DNA of 64,000 nucleotides. It comes from a virus. The position numbers were made by a program, and so were the translations under genes. Positions 1 through 10,099 of this stretch are shown here, piece by piece; within the stretch, counting starts at the first letter, position 1, and the number at the start of each line of letters is the position of its first letter. The stretch lies in IMG/VR virus record IMGVR_UViG_3300044712_000936, positions 23,170 through 87,169 of that record; one strand, written 5' to 3'. The notes under the pieces were generated by a model. The model had not been told where the DNA came from, did not search any database, and saw only the letters and a program-made list of their open reading frames with translations.

Positions 1-376
1 ACTGCGTTTCTGAAATATCTATGTTGTGGTATATATTTACCACTTCATAAGTTTCTTTATAATTTAGTGTGTATAAATAGATATAGTCACCTATATACAA
101 TTCATCCAGTCGTTCAAACGCACCGTTACTATGACCAGCTAATACGACTGTTCCCCAATCATCAGTAATCCAATTCGTTTCTTCTAACCATCCAGCACCG
201 TTACTACCCACTACGTCCATATTATACTGTCTATTAACAATCGGAATTTCTTGCAGAGGTCTCCATAGATCAATAGATGGTATAACTAACCATCCTACAG
301 GTTTATCTTGGACTTGTATGGATGATACGGGCAAGATAAAATAGATAATAATAAGAATTAATAAAAAGGTTTTCAT
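1..376 (-). CDS. Sortase-family protein, partial (C-terminus beyond window start); not in ORF track
   Basis: Manual translation from ATG at 376: MKTFLLILIIIYFILP (membrane anchor)...GWLVIPSIDL...GAGWLEETNWITDDWGTVVLAGHSNGAFERLDELYIGDYIYL...YEV, the sortase pattern (LxIPxI, GxVVLAGH, FxxLxxLxxGDxI). The catalytic TLxTC lies outside the window. Confidence 0.8.
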   Translation of the reverse strand, partial: MKTFLLILIIIYFILPVSSIQVQDKPVGWLVIPSIDLWRPLQEIPIVNRQYNMDVVGSNGAGWLEETNWITDDWGTVVLAGHSNGAFERLDELYIGDYIYLYTLNYKETYEVVNIYHNIDISETQ

Positions 377-391
377 AGTTTGCCTTTCAGC

Positions 392-434
392 AAAATAAAA
401 GAGGCCTATATTTTATTATAGACCTCTTTTTATT
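392..434 (-). terminator. Intrinsic terminator after major capsid gene
   Basis: Inverted repeat AAAAGAGGTCTATA / TATAGGCCTCTTTT followed by a U-rich tail on the minus strand. Confidence 0.7.
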
Positions 435-451
435 ACTAGTCAACTATTAAA

Positions 452-1924
452 TTACTGGGCACGAACATCCACTGAAGCATAAGAGTACGGAGTACCCTGG
501 CTGACAGTTGTGTTACCACCGTCAACGAAATATGGATCATCGTGGAACGGCTGACGCGGGATCTGGAGCGGGCAAACCATAACGTTCTGGATTCTACCAG
601 CCAGATGCGGGGTCAACAGGCGCAGACGTGGACGAATGAGTGTGGTCCAGTCAAAGCAGTATAGCGTCTGTCGAGGAGTCCACAGCCACATACCACCGTC
701 CGACCAGATCAGATTCGAAACACGACCATCTGCCGCTAATTCACCAGCAGCCCCTGGACCTGCAAAGTTGAAATATTCCATGTACAGCACCTGAGTATTA
801 CCCTTAACCGTAAACGGCAGGAGGTAAATATCAGACAGCATACAACCGCTAGGAACATCACCATCGTTTTCATTGTAGGTCACAGAAATTGAATCGTCAA
901 CAATCACCGGAATACGAACACCGTCAATTGTCAGATAATTCCCGTTAAACATATCATCAGACATCCGGCGCATTGCCATTGCATCTGTGTTGTTGGCTAG
1001 CTGATTAGCTGTTGCACCGCAACGGTAACTAGCATACACACAGGGCCAATAGTCTGTCAGTTCACGGAACATCGGTTCTGTCATGACCCACGCCCACTGA
1101 ACGGGACGCATGTTCATTCGAGAAGCGTTGTGGTTCACATAGCGCCACATCGTAGTCATATAGTGGAACAGAGTAGCCGCAGCCTGATCGACACGCTGGC
1201 TACCAAAGTCTTTAATATCGCTTGCCAGTGAGGGGCAGTTTGCGCCAGTGATAATGTCGGTATGGGTTGTTGTAACCAAACCCTCTAAGCCGAGAAATTC
1301 AGCATAGCCTGTACCAAGATTATTCAGGGGTGAACCTGTCCAAACCATATGGCTCAGAACATCTTCAAGTTCAACACCAACTGCAAGCATCTTTGCCGCC
1401 AAGTCAGAGGCGAACACCTTACGAGCGCCACCAGTAATTCCTGGGGGCAGCATTTTCTCAGCAACATCAACGATTGGATCATTGACTAGCTGCAAATCAA
1501 ACATCTCGCCACGATTGATCCGATCACCCGATGCTGACAGATCAATAACCTCTGTAGTACGAGCGATACGGCCCATAGCTGAACCCTGCAAACAGGATTT
1601 CATCTGACCGGGGCGCGGTGGATCCGCACAAGGAGTAGACTGTTCAGCAGCACCATTACCAGCTGTAAAGCCTGTCAAATATCCAACAATAGGGTGCGTG
1701 TCGTTTGTGGCACGCGCAGCAGGCAGAGCGGCGATCAGACCCTTAGCATTAACGCGAGTTGAGAAAATATCACGTTCAATACCGGGGTAACTAAAGATAC
1801 CGTTACTGCCATGCACCCGATTGGTAGAAATTGAAAAACCAGCGGGTAAATCGTGCTTCTGCCGCTCACTCAAATGCGGAGTTAACAACTGAGCAAGAGC
1901 ATTTACAAGTTCATTACCGTCCAT
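452..1924 (-). CDS. Major capsid protein (probable)
   Basis: 490 aa; canonical position after terminase-portal-protease/scaffold; followed by a terminator. Confidence 0.75.
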   Translation of the reverse strand: MDGNELVNALAQLLTPHLSERQKHDLPAGFSISTNRVHGSNGIFSYPGIERDIFSTRVNAKGLIAALPAARATNDTHPIVGYLTGFTAGNGAAEQSTPCADPPRPGQMKSCLQGSAMGRIARTTEVIDLSASGDRINRGEMFDLQLVNDPIVDVAEKMLPPGITGGARKVFASDLAAKMLAVGVELEDVLSHMVWTGSPLNNLGTGYAEFLGLEGLVTTTHTDIITGANCPSLASDIKDFGSQRVDQAAATLFHYMTTMWRYVNHNASRMNMRPVQWAWVMTEPMFRELTDYWPCVYASYRCGATANQLANNTDAMAMRRMSDDMFNGNYLTIDGVRIPVIVDDSISVTYNENDGDVPSGCMLSDIYLLPFTVKGNTQVLYMEYFNFAGPGAAGELAADGRVSNLIWSDGGMWLWTPRQTLYCFDWTTLIRPRLRLLTPHLAGRIQNVMVCPLQIPRQPFHDDPYFVDGGNTTVSQGTPYSYASVDVRAQ

Positions 1925-1950
1925 TTTAAGCTTTGTCTCCTAAGTGTATA

Positions 1951-3186
1951 TTACTTAATTGCAGTACCCCAAAAGATTTTATCGGAATCTAAAGTTTCCC
2001 AACCACGCATCGGATTTGCTTCTTTCTTTGCTTCCACAGGAACGGGAGTCTTGTCGGTCATGACGCCAATCAGCTTCTGCCAATTAGGTTCAATCATCCG
2101 AGCAACTTTCTCGTCTTCTGTTTCTTCTACAGCTTTAATCCGACTTTCCATCTGATCCAGACCTGCCTTAATTTCGGCGCGGATTCCGTCCAGTCGTTCG
2201 TTGAGGGTCGCCACTAAGCCATCAATATTAATACCTTCGGCAACCTTCAGAACTAGATCATTAATCAGTTTCTGAGCTTCGTTTGGAACTTCGTTTTCCT
2301 CAGTCTTTTCACCTTCAGGAGCAACTGGCTCTGCCGGTGTCTGTTCTGGTTCTGCATTTTCCTTCTCAGGTTCCGCAGGAGGATTTTCTTTAAACTCAGT
2401 GCCTTTGTTACGCAACTCATTCTGCTTATCCTCTGTCGAGTGCTCGATTTCGTCACCTAAACCATCTGAAATCGTATTCAACAGAGCTTTTTCTTCAGCA
2501 TCCATTGGTAACTCATTCCCTCCAAAGATTTTTGCATCGGTATACACGTTAGCCGCCCGACTTCTATGTAATACCGAATACTCGAATGACTTATATTCGT
2601 CATAAATACTATCACTATATTTACCAGGAACAAAACCGTGCGACATTCCAAGTTCACCAGCCACGTTTTGTAACTGCTTTACTAATTCTTTCTTATTATC
2701 ATACACCTTAGCAACCACGATCACAAAACCGTTGGAATAAATAACCTTTTCGGTTTCTGCAATTGCATAGTCTTTGTAGAAATCGCGCATGATTCCACTC
2801 AAAGTATTGTTGTTAATCAGGCCCATTTCGTGAGCTTTCATAACAGCTACCCAAAAGCCAGGGGCATAGCGAGGCATATGGTACAACGTAATCTGCGGTT
2901 TTACACCAGTTTCTTTCAGCCACTCAATATATTTTAAGTGAGCTTCCTCACTTATAATCTGATTTTGGCGGTCTTTAAACTGGTTGGAATACGTGCCCAC
3001 AAACCACATCTGACCGTTGGCATCTTCTTTGAACATAACTGAATTTTCACGTTCCGAAGATTCAATAGCACCGATCTGTGAAACAGCACGCTCCTTAGTC
3101 GGATGGCAACCAAAAGAATGACCTTCGGGATCATCTTTCTTTACCACACAATACATTCCATTTCTTTCTCTGATTGTATAGGGCAT
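1951..3186 (-). CDS. Prohead protease with C-terminal acidic scaffold-like region
   Basis: Lies between portal and capsid; GxYSN..KDRQ.QII, LYHM, GMSHGF and EYSVL..AAN resemble HK97-type protease motifs; E/P-rich, coiled-coil-like C-terminus. Confidence 0.6.
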   Translation of the reverse strand: MPYTIRERNGMYCVVKKDDPEGHSFGCHPTKERAVSQIGAIESSERENSVMFKEDANGQMWFVGTYSNQFKDRQNQIISEEAHLKYIEWLKETGVKPQITLYHMPRYAPGFWVAVMKAHEMGLINNNTLSGIMRDFYKDYAIAETEKVIYSNGFVIVVAKVYDNKKELVKQLQNVAGELGMSHGFVPGKYSDSIYDEYKSFEYSVLHRSRAANVYTDAKIFGGNELPMDAEEKALLNTISDGLGDEIEHSTEDKQNELRNKGTEFKENPPAEPEKENAEPEQTPAEPVAPEGEKTEENEVPNEAQKLINDLVLKVAEGINIDGLVATLNERLDGIRAEIKAGLDQMESRIKAVEETEDEKVARMIEPNWQKLIGVMTDKTPVPVEAKKEANPMRGWETLDSDKIFWGTAIK

Positions 3187-3188
3187 TT

Positions 3189-3761
3189 TTAATCCTTTAA
3201 CGCTCTCTGAATTGCTTTAATCACTTTATTAGTAATTTCCTTCTTTTCTTCTTTAACGATATGGTCTTCAAAATGTCTTGCTTTTATACTTGACATTTTT
3301 ATCCGCTTAGGCTTCACGAAAACCATTTTTTCACCGTATCTTCTAGGGTTTCCCGCTGTACCATATACGTTATTAGGCCCGGTCTTTGCCTTGTATCGTT
3401 TAAAGACCATAGCCCCTGCCCGAACAGCGGTAACATGGCGACCTTTACGATTAGTTCCTAAGCTTACCCATCTCCATCTTGATTTTGCTTTATCAGAACC
3501 ACTTAGAGTCATCAGCAAAACCAAATTGTCGCCCATAACACGATATTGTCCAGTAAAAGTCGGTTTTGTTTGCCAATATTTAATTCTTTTCTGCTGTGCG
3601 CCCTGTAACTGTGTTTTTACCGGACCTAACAAGACATCTTTAACTGCTGCTTTTATTTTTTTATCCAGGTGTACAGGAAAGTCCTGTGGCTTAGGTAAGA
3701 TAGGCTCTATCTTTATATTGATTGAAGCCTGTTTAGCGCACATTATCTGATTCCATACCAC
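3189..3761 (-). CDS. Basic virion morphogenesis protein (HK97 gp10-like, tentative)
   Basis: Basic 190 aa protein in head module with xxLGT and KARHF motifs. Confidence 0.35.
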   Translation of the reverse strand: MVWNQIMCAKQASINIKIEPILPKPQDFPVHLDKKIKAAVKDVLLGPVKTQLQGAQQKRIKYWQTKPTFTGQYRVMGDNLVLLMTLSGSDKAKSRWRWVSLGTNRKGRHVTAVRAGAMVFKRYKAKTGPNNVYGTAGNPRRYGEKMVFVKPKRIKMSSIKARHFEDHIVKEEKKEITNKVIKAIQRALKD

Positions 3762-5133
3762 CTACGACCTGATCCGCCGAAAATTCGTCTGGTTTAGTCT
3801 GTAAATTACCCGCTTGCGGAGCAGCTACACCACGACTTTCAATTGCTTCCACCATATGCTCCGGTAAGTCACCAGATAACACAGCCAATTCACGAGCGGC
3901 TTGCAGATCCAATTCACCAGACTTGACACGCAAGACACGATCTTTACCGCGTGTAAAGCTTGCATCAGCCTTAGCTGTTTCTGCCTGTAAGTCATGCTCC
4001 ATAAACTGAAATTTGACATTTCTAGGCAAAATGCCGTTATTATTGAGCATATGCTCTATCATTTTCATCATCAAAGCCGGACCTTTACCCTGCGTTTTCA
4101 TGTGCAGAATATCGGACTGCTGAGACGAACCTAGATTGCCACCGGGTAAAGGCGCAAATTCCTGATAGTCCACACCGAAGGTCAAAGCTAACTGAGCAAT
4201 GTACCATTTCATTGTACTATCTTCATCAAAGGCATCAGGCAAAGAAGCCAGATTGATAGTTTTAACATCTACACCAGAAGTCGGGTCTAAACCAGCGATA
4301 ACAATAGGATTACTGTAGCGCAGCAAACCCATATTCAACGACTGGTTCTTACCAACAATCATGGCATCATCTAATTCGTTCTGGTTGACACCTGACACCA
4401 GATGCACGGCTCTACTGAAGTTACCGCTGACTTTTTCCCGTTTGTAAATTTCGATGTCGCGCAAAATCTGAGCAGCACGTAAACAACGGGTCAAAGCACA
4501 ATACTGCACTCCATAAGCTTCTTCGATAGGGGAGGGCATTTCCTCCAAAAGCAAAACTTGATACCACTTCATATAGGTTTCACGACCATTACGATCCCGA
4601 TACAGGACTGGCAATTCCTGATTGCCTGTTCGTTCACAACGAGCGGAATCAAGGTGAGTTATATTGATCACAGGTGAATCTGGTCTATCTTCTGTTCTGA
4701 TTAACTGCCAGAAAGCACCGTTATCTTGGGTATAAATATCAATTAAAGTTTTAAATAATAACTCAAACCAGCCGTTCCCATACTCAGCGTTAGCCAACAT
4801 CCGAGTCACAGCCCGAATAGTATTCTTGGGTCGAGGACCATTTGGATCAGTGGCTACAATTTCCCACTCAAAAGCGGAGATACGAGAAGTTGCAGCATAA
4901 ATCGCTGATGCTACCATAGGTTCAGTAGGCCAGAAATCTCGTAATTGTTTATCTCTATTAGCAGGTGTAGTAGACCAGGATGTAATATCATCAGCGGTGT
5001 TGGCTATATACAAAACATACTTTCCAAAACCCCCTCTTTCTTTGGGTTTAGGAAAGTCAACGACACTGTTTTTAACAATGTCTGGATTTATTTGCTTAAC
5101 TGTTTCAATCTGCACGTAATCATTGTCGGGCAT
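3733..5133 (-). CDS. Portal protein
   Basis: 466 aa directly after TerL; DNGAFW and LALTFGV segments resemble portal motifs. Confidence 0.75.
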   Translation of the reverse strand: MPDNDYVQIETVKQINPDIVKNSVVDFPKPKERGGFGKYVLYIANTADDITSWSTTPANRDKQLRDFWPTEPMVASAIYAATSRISAFEWEIVATDPNGPRPKNTIRAVTRMLANAEYGNGWFELLFKTLIDIYTQDNGAFWQLIRTEDRPDSPVINITHLDSARCERTGNQELPVLYRDRNGRETYMKWYQVLLLEEMPSPIEEAYGVQYCALTRCLRAAQILRDIEIYKREKVSGNFSRAVHLVSGVNQNELDDAMIVGKNQSLNMGLLRYSNPIVIAGLDPTSGVDVKTINLASLPDAFDEDSTMKWYIAQLALTFGVDYQEFAPLPGGNLGSSQQSDILHMKTQGKGPALMMKMIEHMLNNNGILPRNVKFQFMEHDLQAETAKADASFTRGKDRVLRVKSGELDLQAARELAVLSGDLPEHMVEAIESRGVAAPQAGNLQTKPDEFSADQVVGGMESDNVR

Positions 5134-6742
5134 TTCTAATATCCTGTAGTTTCTGTAATAATTCTTGTTCCGTCATGTTTAGGTTAAGCCTTTTTCCACC
5201 CGTTATATTTAAGCGCAAGCATTGTTCAGAAGCCATTGAGCAAGCCACAGCAGCATCAATTTTTAAAGAATCTGCTAACTTTACCAGCCGTAGTTTTCCA
5301 CCATCTGTCTGAGCACCCGCTTGTGTAATATGTTGGTATAGAGTCGGTAATTCACCCTGTTTGTTTAAACCGTCACCATTAACATCCCAAAACAGAGAAC
5401 GATTTAAAATGCGATCATACAGACCCTTATCAGCTACAGCACGATCTTTTTGCTGAGAGAAGTTGTACATCCATACTACATTTTCTTTGCGTAACCGTTG
5501 TGCCATATCCTCTAACTGATATTTATCGTAGGCTATGCAAACAACATTATATTTGGCACACAACTCTCTTAACTTTGGTTCTACATCTTCACTAATCTTA
5601 ATTGTACCACCGCTTTTTTGTGGAGTGAAAATATAACAAAAACGAACCAGTAAATTTGATGAATCTTCGTAGTCACGAGTCACACCAACGATAGCAGCAA
5701 AGTCATTCGTAATAGCACCGTCAACACCTAACACCAACGGAACACTTTTATCCAGAGCCGGTACATTTTCCTTTTTGACTGATTCCCATAACTGCGGCTG
5801 AATAAACGAATCAACCGGGGAAATCCACATATTACGATGGATACGATCAAATTCATGAGGAGGCAATAACTTGGCTTCCATCTGATAATATTCAGGTGTT
5901 TGCCACTTCATACGCGGCTCATGATCCCAATAACAGAATATACCAGCAGCTTCATTTGTAAAAACTACGTAGTCACCATTGCCTGACAAATTGGATCGTA
6001 AATCCATAAAGTCAGGATGTGGAGTACCTTCTTTAACCGCTGTTCGATACAGACCTTCCAGTAATTCACTTGTGCCAGTTTCCCCCGCATAACTTTCAAT
6101 CCAACGCATAGCATAGCCATATAGAGTAGGAGGCAAGGTCATTTCTGTAAACAATCGTTTCTTTGATTCCGTTTTAAAGCCCCACAACTCTGAATAACAC
6201 ACAAACAGAGGCTGTGAACCGGCTTCACCCTCAGCATCACAAGGGATAGCCCTAATTTTAGTGTTGTTTGGTAAAGTAACTTCTGTTAATTGGTAGTGAA
6301 CATCCTTAAATATTCCTCCTAGCTGTGCATGTAACTTAAAATTGGTACGAATAGGGGAATAAATACGGTCTGTAGCTTGAACACCGTCATTCGCAAGGCA
6401 ATAAACCTGTGAATAAGGACTATGGTAAGCAAAATACAAGGTTATAGCCGACGCTATAGCTGATTTACCAGACTTCTTAGGGGCAGAATAGATAACTGTA
6501 CTGTATTTGAGTCTTCCATCTGGTCTTTTAGACAATGCTTCGTTAACAATTCGTTTCTGGTGATCAGACAAGAGGAGAGGACCGGGGGGAAGTTTCTCAT
6601 CCGTTATTGGATCTCGAGGATCCGGTACATAATAGTTCTTTTCAATCCAATCAGCCGGACTCTGAACGATCTGCTGTTGTACGGACTGTAGGCGACTCGA
6701 TAAGCGCTCTGCCACCTGATCCAACAATGTCATGTACACCAC
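5120..6742 (-). CDS. terL: Terminase large subunit
   Basis: Walker A SAPKKSGKS; nuclease motifs LGVDG...DFAA, AYDKY, KIDAAVA. Confidence 0.9.
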   Translation of the reverse strand: MVYMTLLDQVAERLSSRLQSVQQQIVQSPADWIEKNYYVPDPRDPITDEKLPPGPLLLSDHQKRIVNEALSKRPDGRLKYSTVIYSAPKKSGKSAIASAITLYFAYHSPYSQVYCLANDGVQATDRIYSPIRTNFKLHAQLGGIFKDVHYQLTEVTLPNNTKIRAIPCDAEGEAGSQPLFVCYSELWGFKTESKKRLFTEMTLPPTLYGYAMRWIESYAGETGTSELLEGLYRTAVKEGTPHPDFMDLRSNLSGNGDYVVFTNEAAGIFCYWDHEPRMKWQTPEYYQMEAKLLPPHEFDRIHRNMWISPVDSFIQPQLWESVKKENVPALDKSVPLVLGVDGAITNDFAAIVGVTRDYEDSSNLLVRFCYIFTPQKSGGTIKISEDVEPKLRELCAKYNVVCIAYDKYQLEDMAQRLRKENVVWMYNFSQQKDRAVADKGLYDRILNRSLFWDVNGDGLNKQGELPTLYQHITQAGAQTDGGKLRLVKLADSLKIDAAVACSMASEQCLRLNITGGKRLNLNMTEQELLQKLQDIRNARQ

Positions 6743-7535
6743 CTGTTATGATTCTTAAAACACTGTTCTGCTCAATCGGAGAACTTACTTGTTTCAGTAC
6801 AGTGTCAGTAATTAAAGAACACAAACGATCAATGATTCCTAATACCTGTTCTTGATTCAAAAACAAACGCATTTCTTTAGAGCGATCAATCTCTGCTTTG
6901 GTCAAATCTTTGATAACTAAAGTGTTCTTTCTAATTTCTTCCCATGCCATAGAGCCATCTTGTACTACTTTAATAACAGCCTTAAGTTTGGCTATACCGC
7001 TGACATAATCGCCACCTTCTAACAGTTCCAACGCATCATAGAGTCCTTTAATGTTTCTAGGAAAAGATAAAGCCCCTTCTGCCAAATTCTCTGATAACTG
7101 AGCATTTCGGGCAGAAAGCAAAGCTGTATTATGACGCATATTAAATAGTTCATCATCTTCGACAAACGTTCTATATTTATCAGCTAAATCACCTTTAATG
7201 TAATCTGTTGCTACTTTTGGCATATTCTTAGTATATCTCCTTCCCGGTGCTGGTCCACCACGATTACCAGCGCCATGAAATCTACAGACGAAATATCCAG
7301 GTCTAGCGGGAAAACCGCACTGATGTTCAGGCCACATATCGGTAGACGATGTATAAGTTCCGTTTCTCTTGGCTTCTTTTACTTTGCTTGTTTTAACAGC
7401 GTGACAACGAACTGTTACACCATCGGACATAAAGCGCACGCCAGAACCATCTATAAACCGCTGTTTGGGTGTATGTTGTCTCTGAGTCATAAGCAACTCC
7501 CTTATTAGTACAAATATTATAGAGTCCAACCCCAA
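6651..7535 (-). CDS. Terminase small subunit (probable)
   Basis: Immediately upstream of terL; C..C..CRFHGA motif (HGGxSTG-like) plus helical body. Confidence 0.55.
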   Translation of the reverse strand: MGLDSIIFVLIRELLMTQRQHTPKQRFIDGSGVRFMSDGVTVRCHAVKTSKVKEAKRNGTYTSSTDMWPEHQCGFPARPGYFVCRFHGAGNRGGPAPGRRYTKNMPKVATDYIKGDLADKYRTFVEDDELFNMRHNTALLSARNAQLSENLAEGALSFPRNIKGLYDALELLEGGDYVSGIAKLKAVIKVVQDGSMAWEEIRKNTLVIKDLTKAEIDRSKEMRLFLNQEQVLGIIDRLCSLITDTVLKQVSSPIEQNSVLRIITGGVHDIVGSGGRALIESPTVRTTADRSESG

Positions 7536-7547
7536 GAAAACAAAAAT

Positions 7548-7572
7548 AAAAGCCGATCAGAGTCGGCTTTTT
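7548..7572. terminator. Bidirectional-type intrinsic terminator
   Basis: AAAAGCCGA-TCAGAG-TCGGCTTTTT. Confidence 0.7.
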
Positions 7573-7589
7573 GCAAAGGTTATGTTTAT

Positions 7590-7835
7590 TTATTTACTGT
7601 ATTGTTGTACCAGTCGTTCTAGGGTTTTATCGGGGTATAATTCATCTTCGAAGATAAAGTAGATATGACCATCGACCAACACTTCCCATACAATTACCGA
7701 TGATTCATGACATTTGAGCAGCTTACCGCGTTTTCCTCTTAATAAAATCTCATCTATACGACCAGTATAAGGAAATGCGTTCATCTTTACTTTTACATTC
7801 TGCCCTTCATGCAAAACGGGCTTTACTCTAGCCAT
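7590..7835 (-). CDS. Hypothetical small beta-rich protein
   Basis: Overlaps the stop of the upstream gene; ends before the terminator. Confidence 0.5.
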   Translation of the reverse strand: MARVKPVLHEGQNVKVKMNAFPYTGRIDEILLRGKRGKLLKCHESSVIVWEVLVDGHIYFIFEDELYPDKTLERLVQQYSK

Positions 7836-8893
7836 CGTTCAACATCATCCAAATCCCAGGACCACTTCATTTTGTGTGTGTCAGGATAAAATACCACAGT
7901 GGGCCAGCCTAGTTGTCCTCGACTCCAGCCGCTGATGGTATATTTATCAGGACCAGTTTTAGCGGTTCCTGACTGCAACATCAAGACACGATTAGATGCT
8001 CTATTACCAGCTTCATATTCCCACTCAAAAGCAGGGGCTTCTGTTACTGCATACTGATGTTTATCACCCATTACCAGCAAATCGGCATTGGGAAAATCGA
8101 AATGGAAAGCTTTAGAATGAGGCTGCAAAGGATTCCACTGGCTGTCTCCCTTAAAGAAATGGGCAACTGCCACGTTATACACTTGAGATCCAACCTCAAA
8201 CTTGATATAGGCTTTTCCATCGTAAAACGGCTTGTTAAGAGCCAGATACAAAGCTTTGATAGGATTAGTACCCCAATTCTTAGAGAACCATTTTCCGCCG
8301 TGTTGACTTCCTAAGCCAAAAAGCAGTTTGTTACGTTCATCCAGCTTACCTAACAGTTTTTCAAGAATTTTAATTTGTGTTCTCGGATCAAATATCTGTT
8401 CGTAACCAGATTCTGCGTTGGGAAACTGAGCTAAGAAACCCTCTACATCATCTCCCAACGATGCCCAGTATACTCTCGGCATATCCAGGACGCGATTAAA
8501 TATTTTCTCGAAATCTTCATATGCGGTATATCTGCCCCCAAAATGCACACATGATGGGAACATAACCGCAACAGGTCGATCCGTATTAAAATTTAGTGTA
8601 TCCAGAGTATAAACCGGATCAATAGTGTTTTCTAGTGCAACCAGTTCTCTTGTTAGCTGAAAAATCCGATCTAAGTCAAGTTCTGGTAGTTGTTCCTGTG
8701 TCTGTATAGATACTTCTACAGTTTTCCAATAATCCGTGTCGCGCTCAGCCTTACCAGCCAAGTAATAACCCTTCCACCGTCTAGCTGTTCGATCACTTGT
8801 TGCTAAATCCATTTCGTAAAGTTGTCTACCAGTGGTATCGGGGTGATCTAATAAATAGTCATACGTCTCTGATGGAATTTTAGGCATATACAT
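7823..8893 (-). CDS. Calcineurin-like metallophosphoesterase (divergent) with N-terminal HTH-like region
   Basis: Motif series SCVHFG, LGDDVE, GSQH, VAH, MGDKH matches DxH/GD/GNH/H/GHxH order with substitutions. Confidence 0.65.
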   Translation of the reverse strand: MYMPKIPSETYDYLLDHPDTTGRQLYEMDLATSDRTARRWKGYYLAGKAERDTDYWKTVEVSIQTQEQLPELDLDRIFQLTRELVALENTIDPVYTLDTLNFNTDRPVAVMFPSCVHFGGRYTAYEDFEKIFNRVLDMPRVYWASLGDDVEGFLAQFPNAESGYEQIFDPRTQIKILEKLLGKLDERNKLLFGLGSQHGGKWFSKNWGTNPIKALYLALNKPFYDGKAYIKFEVGSQVYNVAVAHFFKGDSQWNPLQPHSKAFHFDFPNADLLVMGDKHQYAVTEAPAFEWEYEAGNRASNRVLMLQSGTAKTGPDKYTISGWSRGQLGWPTVVFYPDTHKMKWSWDLDDVERWLE

Positions 8894-8946
8894 TCCTTTC
8901 TAGTGGATATAAAGAGTGGCCTGTGAAGGCCACCCCTAAACCTGTG

Positions 8947-9222
8947 CTACTTAATGTCGTTACTGTAGAATTCGTTCAGCTTATCGAAAAAAGCCTCCAG
9001 ATCAGGCAGAGGAGGGGCATTCACTTTTGCAACTGGTTCCTTAGTATGGGCAAAAATCAAAACAATACCCATAATCAAAATGCCAATCGACTGCACATAC
9101 GGAGCAATAGATGATTCAGGAACCGCCACAACCAAAGCCACAATCGTAATTACCGCTTCAATAAAACGGTGATCAACAACCAGAATACCAAGTCTTGCAA
9201 GAATTTTACGAAAAGTATCCAT
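8947..9222 (-). CDS. Two-TM membrane protein, possible holin
   Basis: Two hydrophobic helices, charged termini, 91 aa. Confidence 0.35.
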   Translation of the reverse strand: MDTFRKILARLGILVVDHRFIEAVITIVALVVAVPESSIAPYVQSIGILIMGIVLIFAHTKEPVAKVNAPPLPDLEAFFDKLNEFYSNDIK

Positions 9223-10070
9223 TTAGTACCTCGCTAATTAATCGAAAATTTGCTGTAACGTAATAATAATAACACCTAACTCCATTAAAAGTAAAAGAAT
9301 AAGGCTGGCTTTACTAGTTACTTCTTTTCGTATATAGATAGTTAGTAAAGCAATTACTAACCACAGACCAACTTCAAACCAGAGAAGAATCACTGCAAAA
9401 CCTGTTCTGATTCCTCTTTAGCTGGAACTAGGCGCACCAGTACGTCACCGTACTGAACATGTTTACGGTGTTCACCAAGCACAATCTTTGCACCCAGTAC
9501 AGCGTTGTAACTAACCATATCACCAACTTCTTTACCGTGCTCAGGATCCAATTCTGGAATCTCTGTTTCGGTATCGACAATAACATAGGTACTTAGAATA
9601 TATCTCACTTACACTTCTCCCTTAACACATGCAGCGGCGTAGATAAAAATTTATTAACGTCTCCATACCAGTAATTAATCCACACTTCACCTATAACCTG
9701 ATCATTGCAGTAGACAGTGTAACAAAAAGCCTGTCTAACATTGTTCGTTTCTTTTAGGGAATAGGTGATGATGTTATCAGTAGTTTGCCTAACAGGTTTT
9801 AGGTAGTTTTTAACAATTATATTGGCTAAAGCCTGATTAATCAGTTGCATAATCACCACACAAATAAGCCTGATGCAACTCGCTATAAATAAAGCCTTTA
9901 TAACGCAACCGTTTACTCAAATCCAATAACAAATTTCCAACTTCACCATACAGCTTAAATGTTTCTGCTGTAGGTTCCTTTTCCTCGGGTAAGTTATCTA
10001 GAATATCATAAACCATATCAGCTAAAATTTTGATATTCTCTATTTGTACATTTTCCATTGCATCCTCGTT

Positions 10071-10099
10071 ATTATATCACTAATAGCGTAGTTTGTCAA
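10071..10099 (-). promoter_or_regulatory. Consensus sigma70/sigmaA promoter
   Basis: TTGACA-17 nt-TATAAT on minus strand. Confidence 0.85.
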
